Assembly: GCA_963807945.1 (NCBI GenBank) | Contig: CAWEDT010000010.1 | Coordinates: forward strand, 176,799 to 240,798 | Length of the DNA stretch: 64,000 nt | Direction: 5' to 3' | DNA from: an uncultured Actinomycetes bacterium | Lineage (GTDB): Bacteria; Actinomycetota; Acidimicrobiia; IMCC26256; PALSA-610 | Part shown: one piece after another, positions 49,093 to 58,516 of the stretch | How the letters are laid out: each line of letters starts with the position of its first letter | How positions within the stretch are numbered: the first letter of the stretch is position 1 | Notes under the pieces: model-generated | The model's input: the letters and a program-made list of their open reading frames with translations, nothing else | Told to the model about the DNA's origin: nothing | The model's database searches: none | Position numbers and translations under genes: made by a program

Positions 49093-49883
49093 CGCCGCGA
49101 GCGGCGCCTCGAGCAGTGCGCCACGCGTCGCGGTAGTGACCGGTGCGTCGGCGGGTATCGGGCGGGCGATTGCCCAGGCGTTGGGTGCGCTCGGTTGGCC
49201 GGTCGCGCTCGGCGCGCGACGCGTCGAGCAACTCGAGGAAACTGCCGCGCTCGTCACCGCCGCGGGCGGCACTGCGTTCGCGCACGCCCTCGATGTGTGC
49301 GAGCCCGACTCGATCGACACGTTCCTCGCCGAGGCGACGACGGCGTTGGGTCCGATCGACGTGCTCGTCAACAACGCGGGCACCGCCGCGCCCGGCGCGC
49401 TGCACGAGATGGAGGACGAGCAGCACGCCCGCATCGTCGCGACCAACCTCCTGGGCCCGATCCTGGTGACGAAGCGCGTCGTCGCCGATCTGCGCGCCCG
49501 CAACGCCGCGGGCGACATCGTGTTCATCTCGTCGGACGCCACGGTGCACCCGCGCCTCTACCTCGGCACGTACGGCGCGTCGAAGGCGGGGCTCGAGTCG
49601 TACGCGACCACGCTCGCGCTCGAGTGCGAAGGGTTCCCGATCCGGTCGTCGATCGTGCGGGTCGGCCCGACGCTCACCGGATTCGCCGAAGAGTGGGACG
49701 CCGAGATGTTCGTCGAGATCATCCCGCACTGGCAGCGCTTCGGGATCCAACGCCACTTCAACACGATGCAACCGGAAGACATCGCACGCGCGGTCGTCGC
49801 GACCGTCACCGCGCCCGCGCACATGTGGATCCCGGTGGTGGAGCTCCAACCGCAACCACCGTCGTCGACGCGCGCAGCACTGA
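49076..49883 (+). CDS. SDR-family oxidoreductase (3' end probably hidden by one indel)
   Basis: Motifs: RVAVVTGASAGIGRAIAQALGALG; IDVLVNNAG; ISSDATVHPRLYLGTYGASKAGLE (YxxxK); IVRVGPTLTGF. The open frame continues to 49999 over the converging gene. TGA 49881-49883 in the +1 frame would end it 1 nt before that gene. The start is GTG 49076 or TTG 49085. Confidence 0.75.
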
Positions 49884-49884
49884 A

Positions 49885-50400
49885 TCAGCCCGGCGGGTGC
49901 TCCATGTGGAACGTGAACATCCGGTCGGCGTCGACGCGCACCCAGACCGGACCGGAGTCGAGGAACAGCTCCCACGTCTCGCCGTACAACGGCACGTAGA
50001 CCTCGAGCAGGGTTTGCCGGAACTCGAGATCCTCCTTCGACTTCACGTCGAGGAACACTGCACGCCCGTGCACCGTCACGCCGAGTTGCTCGCCGGGCAG
50101 GTGGGTTACCGACACCTGCGGCCGCACGCGCAGGTGCTTCATGCGGACGGAGTCGGGAGCCGAACCGAAGTGGAACGCGCCGCGGAAGAACACGCCGTCG
50201 ACCGCGCCCGCGAGCGGCCGGCCATCGGCCGTCACCGTCGCCGCCGTCAGCAGCGACATACCGGTCAGACGCTCCGAGAGCTCTACCGCGGTGAGCCGGC
50301 GCTCGGGCGTGATGATCCGGTGCATGTGCTCGCCTGCGCCCGCGTCGCTGCGGTCGAGCAGTTCCTGGAGTCGAACGAGGTCTTCGGCGGTCTCGTGCAT
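49885..50400 (-). CDS. pyridoxamine 5'-phosphate oxidase-like (split-barrel, possibly FMN/F420-binding) protein (intact)
   Basis: ORF 49885..50400 reads ..MSLLTAATVTADGRPLAGAVDGVFFRGAFHFGSAPDSVRMKHLRVRPQVSVTHLPGEQLGVTVHGRAV... Confidence 0.65.
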   Translation of the reverse strand: MHETAEDLVRLQELLDRSDAGAGEHMHRIITPERRLTAVELSERLTGMSLLTAATVTADGRPLAGAVDGVFFRGAFHFGSAPDSVRMKHLRVRPQVSVTHLPGEQLGVTVHGRAVFLDVKSKEDLEFRQTLLEVYVPLYGETWELFLDSGPVWVRVDADRMFTFHMEHPPG

Positions 50401-50404
50401 GGCG

Positions 50405-51338
50405 CTATTTGATCGCAGTCGGCGCGACCGGCGCGCCGACCGCGCCGGTCAGCGGGATCGGCGTGGCGACGAGCAGGAAGTCACATTGACCGTCGGCCGC
50501 GCAGTCGGCCGCGAGTGCATCGAGCTGCCAGACCTGCCCCTGCGCGAGGCCCATGTCTCGGAGATGGATCATGTGCACCGGCATGAACACACGCGGGTTC
50601 TCGCACGGGTAGACCTCGAACGTGAGCGTGTCGGTGGCGACCAACGCGACGTCGTTGTCACGGAACCATTCGATCGACTGGGTCGAGAGTCCGGGCGACG
50701 GGTGCGAGTACCGCTGCTTCTCGCCCCGCGGAGATAGTGCATCTGACCGGTGCGAACCAGCACCGCATCGCCCGCGGCCATGCTGATCCCGGCCCCGGCC
50801 GCCGCGGCGGCGAGATCGTCGCCGGTGATCGCGTAGTTGTCGTCGAAGTGGTCGACGCCGTGGAGCCGCGCGATGTCGAGCAGCACGCCGCGCGTCGTGA
50901 GTGCGCCGAAGTGCTCGATGCCGAGTTGCGCGGCGCCGGCCGGCGGTGACGACGGAGTCCGGCGTGTCGTTCCAGAGGAGGCCGTCGTAGCCGACGTGCG
51001 CGAGCGCGTCGAGGTGCGTCGCGGCTTGCGATCCCATGCGGAACGAGTCGTCGCTGGTCGTGAAGTCGGCGGGGTCGCCGGTGAACGTGAGGTTCACCAT
51101 GTACGTGCGCAGCTCGGGGTTCACCCGCTCCGGCATGTTCTCGCTGTCCCACTGCGGACCGTTCTGATCGAACGGGATCGCGAGCGAGAACGGCCGGCCG
51201 GTTCGGATGGCGTCCCGGCCACGAACCACGGCCGCGCGTATCGATGAGGTTGAGCGTTCCGCGCTGATCGTCGGGACCCCAGCGGCCCCAGTTCGACACG
51301 CGCCTCGCGAGCTCCTGTAGCTCCGGTGTCAACGGCAT
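50405..51338 (-). CDS. putative cyclase family protein (kynurenine formamidase-like) (frame-disrupted)
   Basis: ATG 51338 gives MPLTPELQELARRVSNWGRWGPDDQRGTLNLI. Further motifs: GRPFSLAIPFDQNGPQW; FRMGSQAATHLDALAHVGYDGLLWN; LLDIARLHGVDHFDDNYAITGDDL; AGDAVLVRTGQMHY; SIEWFRDNDVALVATDTLTFEV; MPVHMIHLRDMGLAQGQVWQLDAL. Confidence 0.7.
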
Positions 51339-51371
51339 GGGAGCGGACGCTAGCGGCAGTAGCGTGCACGT

Positions 51372-52382
51372 GTGAGCGTGCTGTCGAAGGCAACGATGCC
51401 CGCCGAATCCGCGCTGCACGAACGCACGCTGATGGCGTGGCCGACGGTCGGTCTCGCCGCCATCGGCTTGTGGGGTGAAGCCGGGCTGGCCGGCGCGCGA
51501 GCGGTGTACTCGGAGATCGCGCGCACGATCGCGCGCTTCGAGCCGGTGACCATGGTCGCCGCGCCCGACGACGCCGCCGGCGCCGCATCCGACCTCGGGC
51601 CCGCGGTCGACGTGGTCGCGCTTCCCATCGACGACTCCTGGATGCGCGACTCCGGACCCATCATCGTGTTCGGGCCCGAAGGAACCCGGCACACGTTGCA
51701 CTTCCGGTTCAACGCGTGGGGCGAGAAGTGGTCGCCCTGGGATGCCGACGCGGCCGTGGGCGCCCTGATCGCCGAGCGGCTCGGCTTGCCCGTGCACGAG
51801 ATCCCGATGGTGCTCGAGGGCGGATCCGTTGCGATCGACGGCGCGGGCACGCTGGTCACTACCGAACGGTGCCTGCTCAATCCGAATCGCAATCCGGAAA
51901 TGACGCGCGCCGCCATCGAAGCGGTGCTGCGCGAGAGCTTCGGCGTCGACCGCATCGTCTGGTTGTCCGACGCCATCGCCGAAGACGACGGTACCGATGG
52001 TCACGTCGACAACGTGGTGGCATTCTGCGCGCCGGGCCACACGCTGCTCCAAGGCTGTGCCGATCCCGACAACGCCAATCAAGCCATCGCGATCGACAAT
52101 CGCCGCCGCCTCGAGGCGGCCGGCATCACCGTCACGGAGATCCCGGTCTTGCCCTACGCGTGGTTCGCGGCGAGCAACCGCTCGATACCGGTCCCGTACG
52201 TGAACTTCTACGTGGTGAACGGCGCGGTCATCGTCCCCACCGCCGGTGACCCCGCCGATACCGACGCGCTGGCGATCATCGGTGCACAGTTTCCCGGGCG
52301 TGAAGTCGTCGCGGTTCCGGGTGGGGTGCTGGCCCACGGCGGCGGCGGTGTGCACTGCATTACCCAACAGGTACCCGCGTGA
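51372..52382 (+). CDS. aguA: agmatine deiminase (intact)
   Basis: ORF 51372..52382. Motifs: DDSWMRDSGPI; FNAWGEKW; LEGGSVAIDGAGTLVTTERCLLNPNRNP; DDGTDGHVDNVVAFCAPGHTLL; NFYVVNGAVIVP. The catalytic end is GGGGVHCITQQVPA*. Confidence 0.9.
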   Translation: MSVLSKATMPAESALHERTLMAWPTVGLAAIGLWGEAGLAGARAVYSEIARTIARFEPVTMVAAPDDAAGAASDLGPAVDVVALPIDDSWMRDSGPIIVFGPEGTRHTLHFRFNAWGEKWSPWDADAAVGALIAERLGLPVHEIPMVLEGGSVAIDGAGTLVTTERCLLNPNRNPEMTRAAIEAVLRESFGVDRIVWLSDAIAEDDGTDGHVDNVVAFCAPGHTLLQGCADPDNANQAIAIDNRRRLEAAGITVTEIPVLPYAWFAASNRSIPVPYVNFYVVNGAVIVPTAGDPADTDALAIIGAQFPGREVVAVPGGVLAHGGGGVHCITQQVPA

Positions 52383-53326
52383 CCAGCCACAATCATGAGC
52401 TCCGCACCGCCTACGACATCCCGGTGTCGCCCGCGCGCACCGAGCCCTCGACGCGCGAGCCGCTCCGCATCGCGCTCGTGCAGGAGCGTTGGCACACGGA
52501 TCCGACCCAGCACCGCGATCTGCTCGCGAGCGCGGTCGCGACCGCCGCGCACGAAGGTGCTCGTCTCGTGTGTCTCCAGGAGCTGACCCTCTCGCCCTAC
52601 TTCGCGAGCTCCGACGCGGGCCCGCGCGCGTTGGGGATCGAACCGGAAGAACTACCGCACGGACCGACGTATCAATTTGCGGCCGAGCTCGCGGCCGACA
52701 CCCACGTGTTCGTGCACGCGTCGCTCTACGAACAACCCGACGCGGATGCGCCCGACGGCGCGCTCGGTTACAACACCGCGATCGTCGTCGCGCCCGACGG
52801 CGCGCTGGTGGCGCGCACGCGCAAGGTCCACCTTCCGATCACCGAGGGGTACTTCGAGGATCGCTATTTCCTCCCGGGGAACACCGGCTTCCCCGCCATC
52901 GATCTCGAGGGTGCCCGGTTCGGCTTCCCCACTTGTTGGGATCAATGGTTTCCCGAGGTCGCCCGCGCGTATGCGGTGCAGGGCACGGAAGTGATCGTCT
53001 ACCCCACCGCGATCGGATCCGAACCCGATCATCCCGGGTTCGACACCGAGCCGATCTGGGAGCAGGTGATCCGCGCCCACGGCATCACGAACGGCACGTT
53101 CATGGTGGTGCCGAATCGCATCGGTACCGAAGGCCCGATCACGTTCTACGGCTCGTCGTTCATCAGTGACCCGTACGGACGCGTGCTCGTCCAGGCGCCG
53201 CGCGATCAGCCGGCGGTGCTCGTCGCCGATCTCGATCTCGACCAGCGCCGCGACTGGCTCGCACTCTTCCCGTTCCTCGCGACCCGCCGGCCCGCCACCT
53301 ACGGCCTGTTGACCGGGAACGGCTGA
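52379..53326 (+). CDS. aguB: N-carbamoylputrescine amidase (carbon-nitrogen hydrolase family) (intact)
   Basis: ORF 52379..53326. GTG overlaps the aguA stop (GTGA). Motifs: LRIALVQERW; ARLVCLQELTLSPYF; YNTAIVVAPDGALVARTRKVHLP..EGYFEDRYFLPG; FPTCWDQWFPEVAR (catalytic Cys); EVIVYPTAIGSEP. Confidence 0.85.
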   Translation: MTSHNHELRTAYDIPVSPARTEPSTREPLRIALVQERWHTDPTQHRDLLASAVATAAHEGARLVCLQELTLSPYFASSDAGPRALGIEPEELPHGPTYQFAAELAADTHVFVHASLYEQPDADAPDGALGYNTAIVVAPDGALVARTRKVHLPITEGYFEDRYFLPGNTGFPAIDLEGARFGFPTCWDQWFPEVARAYAVQGTEVIVYPTAIGSEPDHPGFDTEPIWEQVIRAHGITNGTFMVVPNRIGTEGPITFYGSSFISDPYGRVLVQAPRDQPAVLVADLDLDQRRDWLALFPFLATRRPATYGLLTGNG

Positions 53327-53337
53327 GGTATCCGACG

Positions 53338-53535
53338 ATGGCGGTGAGCGAACGGATCGACTGCATGGAGTGCGGCGGCCGCGCGACGTTGGTGCAACTG
53401 ATCGATCCCGAAGATCCGCCGCAAGCGGGCGACATCGTGGTCTACGTGTGCGGCGATTGCTGGCAACGCTGGGATGTCGTGGTCGATGTCGACGACCTCG
53501 ACGCGGTCGACGACGCGGGCGACCACAACTTCTAG
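53338..53535 (+). CDS. small zinc-ribbon protein, 65 aa (intact)
   Basis: The reading is MAVSERIDCMECGGRATLVQLIDPEDPPQAGDIVVYVCGDCWQRWDVVVDVDDLDAVDDAGDHNF*. It has two CxxC pairs and an acidic tail. It starts 12 nt after aguB. Confidence 0.55.
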   Translation: MAVSERIDCMECGGRATLVQLIDPEDPPQAGDIVVYVCGDCWQRWDVVVDVDDLDAVDDAGDHNF

Positions 53536-54641
53536 CCGGGCGCGCCGTCGTCGCTGCGTTCGAGTCCGTACTTCGGGAATGGCCCGAAGAAACCGTGCTC
53601 GTGGAGTCCGTACCCGACATCGCCGGTGCTGGTCTCGAAGCGCGCGACGTGGTCGACGACTCCGTACCAACCCCAGGCCTCGAGGTCTTCCTGCTTCCAC
53701 TCCCGGTACTGCACGACGAGCGGACCGACGTACATGCCGTGCCGCCAATCCTCATCCATCCCGTAGCCGGTACCGATCGCGATGTAGGCGTGACGAAGGG
53801 GCGTGACGGTGATGTCGAAGCCGCCACCGGGTGCATCGGGGAACGAGAGTTTCGAAGGCTTGCGCATCATCCGCGTGCCCGGCTCCAGCGTGTGCTCGAA
53901 CTCGGGCCGTCCGAGGTTCTCGTGGCCGCGGGCGGGATCGTTCCAGATGCGGACCGCTTCCTCGACCGGGCGCTCACCGTTGGGATCTTCCTGCACGATG
54001 TAGAGGAGCGAGTAGTCGTCGAACTGCATCGGCACGTAGTTCCACATTCCGGCGATCGACGGCACGCCTTCACGAATGCCGGGCGGTTCGGTCTCGCCGA
54101 CGGGCCGGATTCCCCACGATCGGTCGCGCGTTCCCTTCCAACGGTCGGGCGTGACGTTGATCGTCTCGCCTTCGACCTCGATCGTGCCTTCCCAGAACCC
54201 GGTCTGCGCGAAGCGGTGGCTGTCGAACATGACGCGTCCGTGCGAACGGATGAAGTGTTGCGGCTCTTCGAACGCGGGAATCGCGCCGGTCCACGTGAGG
54301 TCGAACCCGAGCGGGTGTTCGGTTGCGTCCGTGAACACTCGCACTTTGTGGAGCGGCGCGATGACCTCGACGTGGAACGGGCCGACCGTCGTGTCCATCC
54401 GGTCGCCGAGCTCCTTCGACGCGCGCAGCACACGCTGCTTTCCGCCGGAACACACGCACGCGAAGGCGTCTTGGGTCGCGAGATTCGGGTATTGGCCCAT
54501 CCCGATAACCATGAAGAGCTCGTCGGTGGAGCCGTGCAAGTTGAAGTAGTAGCGGTCGTAGAAGTTGCGATCACTCGACGCGACGTGCGCGATGGGCGCG
54601 GCGGTCTGGTGGATCGGATAGTCGTCCATTGACGAGAGCAC
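53532..54641 (-). CDS. conserved hypothetical protein, 369 aa (intact)
   Basis: ORF 53532..54641. The likely start is MDDYPIHQTAAPIAHVASSDRNFYDRYYFNLHG at ATG 54629. Further on: ..WEGTIEVEGETINVTPDRWKGTRDRSWGIRP.. and ..WNYVPMQFDDYSLLY... I think I have seen this architecture in actinobacterial genomes, but I cannot name a family. Confidence 0.7.
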   Translation of the reverse strand: MLSSMDDYPIHQTAAPIAHVASSDRNFYDRYYFNLHGSTDELFMVIGMGQYPNLATQDAFACVCSGGKQRVLRASKELGDRMDTTVGPFHVEVIAPLHKVRVFTDATEHPLGFDLTWTGAIPAFEEPQHFIRSHGRVMFDSHRFAQTGFWEGTIEVEGETINVTPDRWKGTRDRSWGIRPVGETEPPGIREGVPSIAGMWNYVPMQFDDYSLLYIVQEDPNGERPVEEAVRIWNDPARGHENLGRPEFEHTLEPGTRMMRKPSKLSFPDAPGGGFDITVTPLRHAYIAIGTGYGMDEDWRHGMYVGPLVVQYREWKQEDLEAWGWYGVVDHVARFETSTGDVGYGLHEHGFFGPFPKYGLERSDDGAPG

Positions 54642-54703
54642 GGCACCTCCAGCGGCTTCGGGCCCTGCAGTATGCCAGCGTTACGAGACGACGTGCCCTT
54701 ACG

Positions 54704-54919
54704 TCAGGAGACCAGTCGCGCGGCCGGCGCGTACTGGACGCGCCGGATCTCGACGATGCGGCTGGTCCGGAACGACGCGACCCGGAGCGCGAAGGCCGAG
54801 GCGAGTCCGCCGCCCCCGTTACGGTCGAAGAACGTCGTGAGCGGACCCTCTTGCTCGTACGCGTCGGCGTCGAGCACCTCGGTTGTCGTCTCGTCCTCGA
54901 AATGCACTTCGAATCCCAT
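54704..54919 (-). CDS. possible 71-aa protein
   Basis: ATG 54919 gives MGFEVHFEDETTTEVLDADAYEQEGPLTTFFDRNGGGGLASAFALRVASFRTSRIVEIRRVQYAPAARLVS*. The longer listed ORF (to 55144) upstream of this ATG uses AGA, ATA and TTG codons and crosses the promoter-like spacer, so I prefer the short form. Confidence 0.4.
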   Translation of the reverse strand: MGFEVHFEDETTTEVLDADAYEQEGPLTTFFDRNGGGGLASAFALRVASFRTSRIVEIRRVQYAPAARLVS

Positions 54920-54943
54920 GTGATCACCGTACGCCGATCGCCC

Positions 54944-54991
54944 TGTGGATCGATAGAGGAACAACTTGTGGACGACATTGTGGATATCCAC
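54944..54991. promoter_or_regulatory. three TGTGGA(T/C) boxes, the last inside a perfect 12-bp palindrome GTGGATATCCAC, in a lower-GC divergent spacer
   Basis: TGTGGAT is at 54944-54950, TGTGGAC at 54967-54973 and TGTGGATATCCAC at 54979-54991 (palindrome 54980-54991). All lie between ATG 54919 (-) and GTG 55026 (+). Confidence 0.45.
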
Positions 54992-55025
54992 GCGCAACCG
55001 CGTGCGCACTTCTATTCTCCGCGGT

Positions 55026-56168
55026 GTGTCAACACTGAGATCGGCGCGCACGCGCGCGATCACGTCGGTTGTGCTCATTGTCCTCGCGTGCATCCTCGCG
55101 TTCGTCTCGGTCATCGCGGTGTGGACGCGTGCGCTCGTGCTCAATACGGATTCGTACGTGCGCGCGGTCGGTCCGCTTATCGAGAAGCCGGCCCTACGCG
55201 ACGAGCTTTCGGTACGGATCGTCGACCAGCTCTACGCCCACGTCGACGTGACCGCGTTGTTGCAGGATGCACTCCCGAAGCGCGGCGCCGTGCTCGCACC
55301 GACACTTGCGCAGGGCATTCACGACACGTCGATCAAGCTCGCGTCGGCGGCACTCGCGACCCAGGCGGTTCGCCAGGTGTGGGTCAAGGCGAATCGCGTG
55401 GCGCACGAGCAGATCGTGCACGTGCTCGAAGGGAAGGGCAACGTCGTCTCCACCGCGCAGGGCGAGGTCGCGGTGGAGCTCCGACCGCTGGCCCAGAAAG
55501 TGCAAGCGGCACTCGATGCGAACGGCGTGCATCTGTTCGACAGTGTTCCCGCGTCGGAGCTCAACCGCCGGTTCGTCTTGTTCCGCTCGGCCGATCTCAC
55601 CCGCGCCCAACAGGCGACCCGGGCGCTCGACGCGCTCGGTACCTGGCTGCCGATCATCACCGTGGTCACGTTCGCAGGTGCGATCGCAGTGTCGGAGCAC
55701 CGGCGCAAAGCACTCGGCTACTGCGCGCTCGCGTTGGCGGCGACGATGGTCGTGCTCACGATCGGGATCGCCATCGGGCGGTCGTTCTATCTCGACCACG
55801 TCGGCGCCGAGATCTCCCGGGCGGCCGCGGCGGTTCCCTTCGACGGCTTGGTGCACTCGTTGCGCTTCTGGGTACGCGTGCTCTTCGGTCTCTCGATCGC
55901 GATCTGGTTCGCGACCTGGGTCGCCGGTTCTCGCGAAATGATTGCCCGCGAGCGCGAAGTGCGGGACGCAATCAGCGGTGTCGTGCACGCCCACGGCCGC
56001 GTGCTGGCCGGTGCGGGCGTGATCGTGGCCGCGCTGTTGCTGGTGGGTTGGGATCAGCCAAGTCCCCGCGTCGTGTTCGCCGTGATCGTGCTCTTGATCG
56101 GGTGGGAGCTCGCGTTGAGAGTGTTGGCGCGATCACGCCTCGACGCGGGCCAACTCGAAGAGCACTGA
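55026..56168 (+). CDS. integral membrane protein, function unknown (intact)
   Basis: GTG 55026 lies inside ORF 54966..56168. The reading is VSTLRSARTRAITSVVLIVLACILAFVSVIAVWTRALVLNTDSYVRAVGPLIEKPALRDELSVRIVDQL... A long soluble middle part follows. Then come 3-4 C-terminal TM helices (LPIITVVTFAGAIAV, YCALALAATMVVLTIGIAIG, VLFGLSIAIWFATWV, VIVAALLLVGW..VFAVIVLLIGW). Confidence 0.65.
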   Translation: MSTLRSARTRAITSVVLIVLACILAFVSVIAVWTRALVLNTDSYVRAVGPLIEKPALRDELSVRIVDQLYAHVDVTALLQDALPKRGAVLAPTLAQGIHDTSIKLASAALATQAVRQVWVKANRVAHEQIVHVLEGKGNVVSTAQGEVAVELRPLAQKVQAALDANGVHLFDSVPASELNRRFVLFRSADLTRAQQATRALDALGTWLPIITVVTFAGAIAVSEHRRKALGYCALALAATMVVLTIGIAIGRSFYLDHVGAEISRAAAAVPFDGLVHSLRFWVRVLFGLSIAIWFATWVAGSREMIAREREVRDAISGVVHAHGRVLAGAGVIVAALLLVGWDQPSPRVVFAVIVLLIGWELALRVLARSRLDAGQLEEH

Positions 56169-58468
56169 TCGGCGTAACTCCCCCAGCTGTTCTTCGTCGC
56201 TGATCTTCTGGCCGTGCGCGTCGACGACGTAGAAGCTGTCGACGACCTCGTCCCCCAGCGTCTGCACCTTCGCCTGGCGCACGTCGAGTTGGAGGTCGAG
56301 AAACCGCGCGCGAGCCGGTAGAGCACGCCGATCGCGTTCCCGGTCCGAATCTCCACCACCGACGCGTCTTCCGATGCGTCGTTGTGCACGGTCACCGAAG
56401 GCGTCATCTCGTCTCCGGCCCGTCGGTGGGGCGCGGTCTTGTACGCCTCGGCCCGTTCCGCGATCCGCGGTGCAAGCGCGAGCCGGCCGTCGAGCACCTT
56501 CGCCAGATTGGCTTCGAAGCGGACCCAGTCGTATTCGTCGCCGCGTTCGGGCTCGACCCGGAAGACGTCGACCGCGACTCCGATGCCATCGGTTTCGCCC
56601 ACGGTCGACCGGAGATCCGCGGCCAGCACGTCGAGTCCCTGGATCGCGAATAGTCCGCTGAGCTGACAGAACAAGCCGGGGCGATCCGGCGCCACGACGA
56701 CCACTCGTCCGTCGTCGTCGCCCTGCACGATCACACCGCCCGCAGCCGACTCGGCCAACGCCAACAGCTCGGGATCGAGCTCCTCGGCGCGCGCCGCCGG
56801 CTGTTGCCCTGCCAGCACGCGGCTGACCCCGTCGACCAGCTCGCGGATCAGGGTCGCCTTCCAGTCGGACCACGCGCTGTCGCCGGTCGCCTTGGAGTCG
56901 GCTTCGGTCAGGGCCGCGAGCAACTCCAACGTCTGGCGATCGCACACGGCCTCGGCCACATGCGTGAGGGTTGCCGGATCCTGGATGTCGCGCCGGGTTG
57001 CCGCGTCGGCAATCAAGAGGTGATCGCGCACGAGTCGGACCAAAACGTCGACGTCGGGCGCCGGGAAACCCATACGTGCCGCGATCCGCGTCATGAGCTC
57101 CACCCCGACAACCGTGTGATCCCCGGGATAGCCCTTCCCGAGATCGTGGAGCCAGGCCGCGATCAGCAGCAGATCCGGGCGACCCATGCGCGGCGCGAGT
57201 CCCGCCGCCAGCGCCGTCGCCTCGAGCAGATGCCGATCAACGGTGAACCGGTGGTACGGGTTGTGCTGGCGCCGGCAGCGAACCGGTTCCCATTCGGGCA
57301 GCAACCGCGTGATGAGTCCGTACTGATCGAGTGCCTCGAACGCGGGGATCATGTCGGCGCCACCCGCGAGGAGATCCACCAGCGAAGTGCACAGCCCCGT
57401 GGGCCACGGATCCCCCGGCTGGGCGCCGTCGGTGCGCAGCCGCTCGAGTGACGTGCGCGAAATCGGGAGGCCACTCGACGCCGATGCGGTTGCCAACCGG
57501 AGCGACAACGAGGGATCGGCAAACGGTGCGTCGGCGGTCAGCACGACTTCGCCGTCGTGCTCGACCACGCCCGGGCTCACCAACCGGTCGGGACGACCGG
57601 TGTTCGCACGCGGTCCGGCGAAGTGGCGGCGAACGCGATGCCACGAGTCGTCGCTGGCCCAGCCGATCGTGCGCGCGGTCGCCGACACTCGCTGCATGAG
57701 CGCGTCGGCGTCGTCGAATCCCAGCGCCTCGGCGACACCATCTTGCTCCTGGAGCATCAGCTGATCGCCACTCCGTCGGGTCTGGCGGTGCAACGCGACG
57801 CGCGCGTCGAGCAGCGCAGTGTCACCACTCGCGATCGTGTGGTCGAGCGGCGGCAACATGTCGACGGCGATCGCGAGCGCGCGCATCGCGTGCACGTCAC
57901 GAAGTCCCCCATGGCCCTGCTTGAGATCCGGTTCCAGGAGGAAGGCGACATCGCCTTTGCGGCGGTGCCGTTCGGTGGTCAGCTCGTCGAGCTCGCGAAT
58001 GCGACGCTTCGAGTTGATCCGCCAGTTGGCGCGCGCCCGGCGCCGCAGCTCCGGGCCGAGCGCTTCCGCGCCGGCAACGGTGCGCGCGTCGAGGAAGCCG
58101 AGCGCGGCGTCGAGATCGCGGTCGGCGACCTCGAGCGCGCCGTCGAGCGTGTTCACGCTGTGATCGAGCGCGATGCCCTCTTCCCAGATCGGATACCAAA
58201 CCCGTTCCGCGACCTCGTCGATGTCGCGACGATCGCGATGCAGGAGCACGATGTCGAGGTCGCTCCCCGGCGCGAGTTCGGCGCGGCCGTAGCCGCCTAT
58301 CGCGACCAAGGCCACGTCGGGCTCGTCGCCGAGCAGCTCGGCCAGCCACTCGTCGACGAGGCCTGCATAGGCGCGGCAGAACGCCAGACCTTGCAGGCTC
58401 TCGTCGGACAGGAGCTGTTTCCGTTGCTCGCTAAATGGCGTCGTGGTCCAACTCGCCGGTCCGGACAC
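56133..58468 (-). CDS. glnD: [protein-PII] uridylyltransferase / uridylyl-removing enzyme (one frame change near 56310)
   Basis: ORF 56054..58468. Motifs: VALVAIGGYGRAELAPGSDLDIVLLH (nucleotidyltransferase); GGLRDVHAM; HRFTVDRHLLE..AAWLHDLGKGYPGDH (HD); two ACT regions. The true C-terminus is in ORF 56133..56945: LDLQLDVRQAKVQTLGDEVVDSFYVVDAHGQKISDEEQLGELRRSVLFELARVEA*. Confidence 0.9.
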
Positions 58469-58516
58469 GGATGATCGTGTCGACGGGTGAGATCGAAACC
58501 TTACCGGCGCGACCCG

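Noticed and set aside
50658-52367. Very long alternative-frame and antisense ORFs. Examples: the 569-aa ORF 50658..52367 (-), the first two thirds of the 671-aa ORF 60089..62104 (+), the 621-aa ORF 3511..5376 (-) read as a single protein, and ORFs 9..1031 (+) and 10057..11370 (+) taken as single proteins.
   Set aside because: Their translations are Arg/Ala/Pro/Gly-rich low-complexity strings, as expected from stop-poor off-frames in roughly 70% GC DNA. They overlap genes with unmistakable motifs on the other strand or frame (aguA, amidohydrolase, dacB). Only the segments carrying real motifs were used.
54920-55144. N-terminal extension of the small minus-strand ORF to ATG 55078 or GTG 55144.
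   Set aside because: The extension uses codons that are rare in this genome (AGA, ATA, TTG). It crosses the lower-GC spacer carrying the TGTGGA boxes and would overlap the 5' end of the divergent membrane-protein gene. ATG 54919 is the more economical start.
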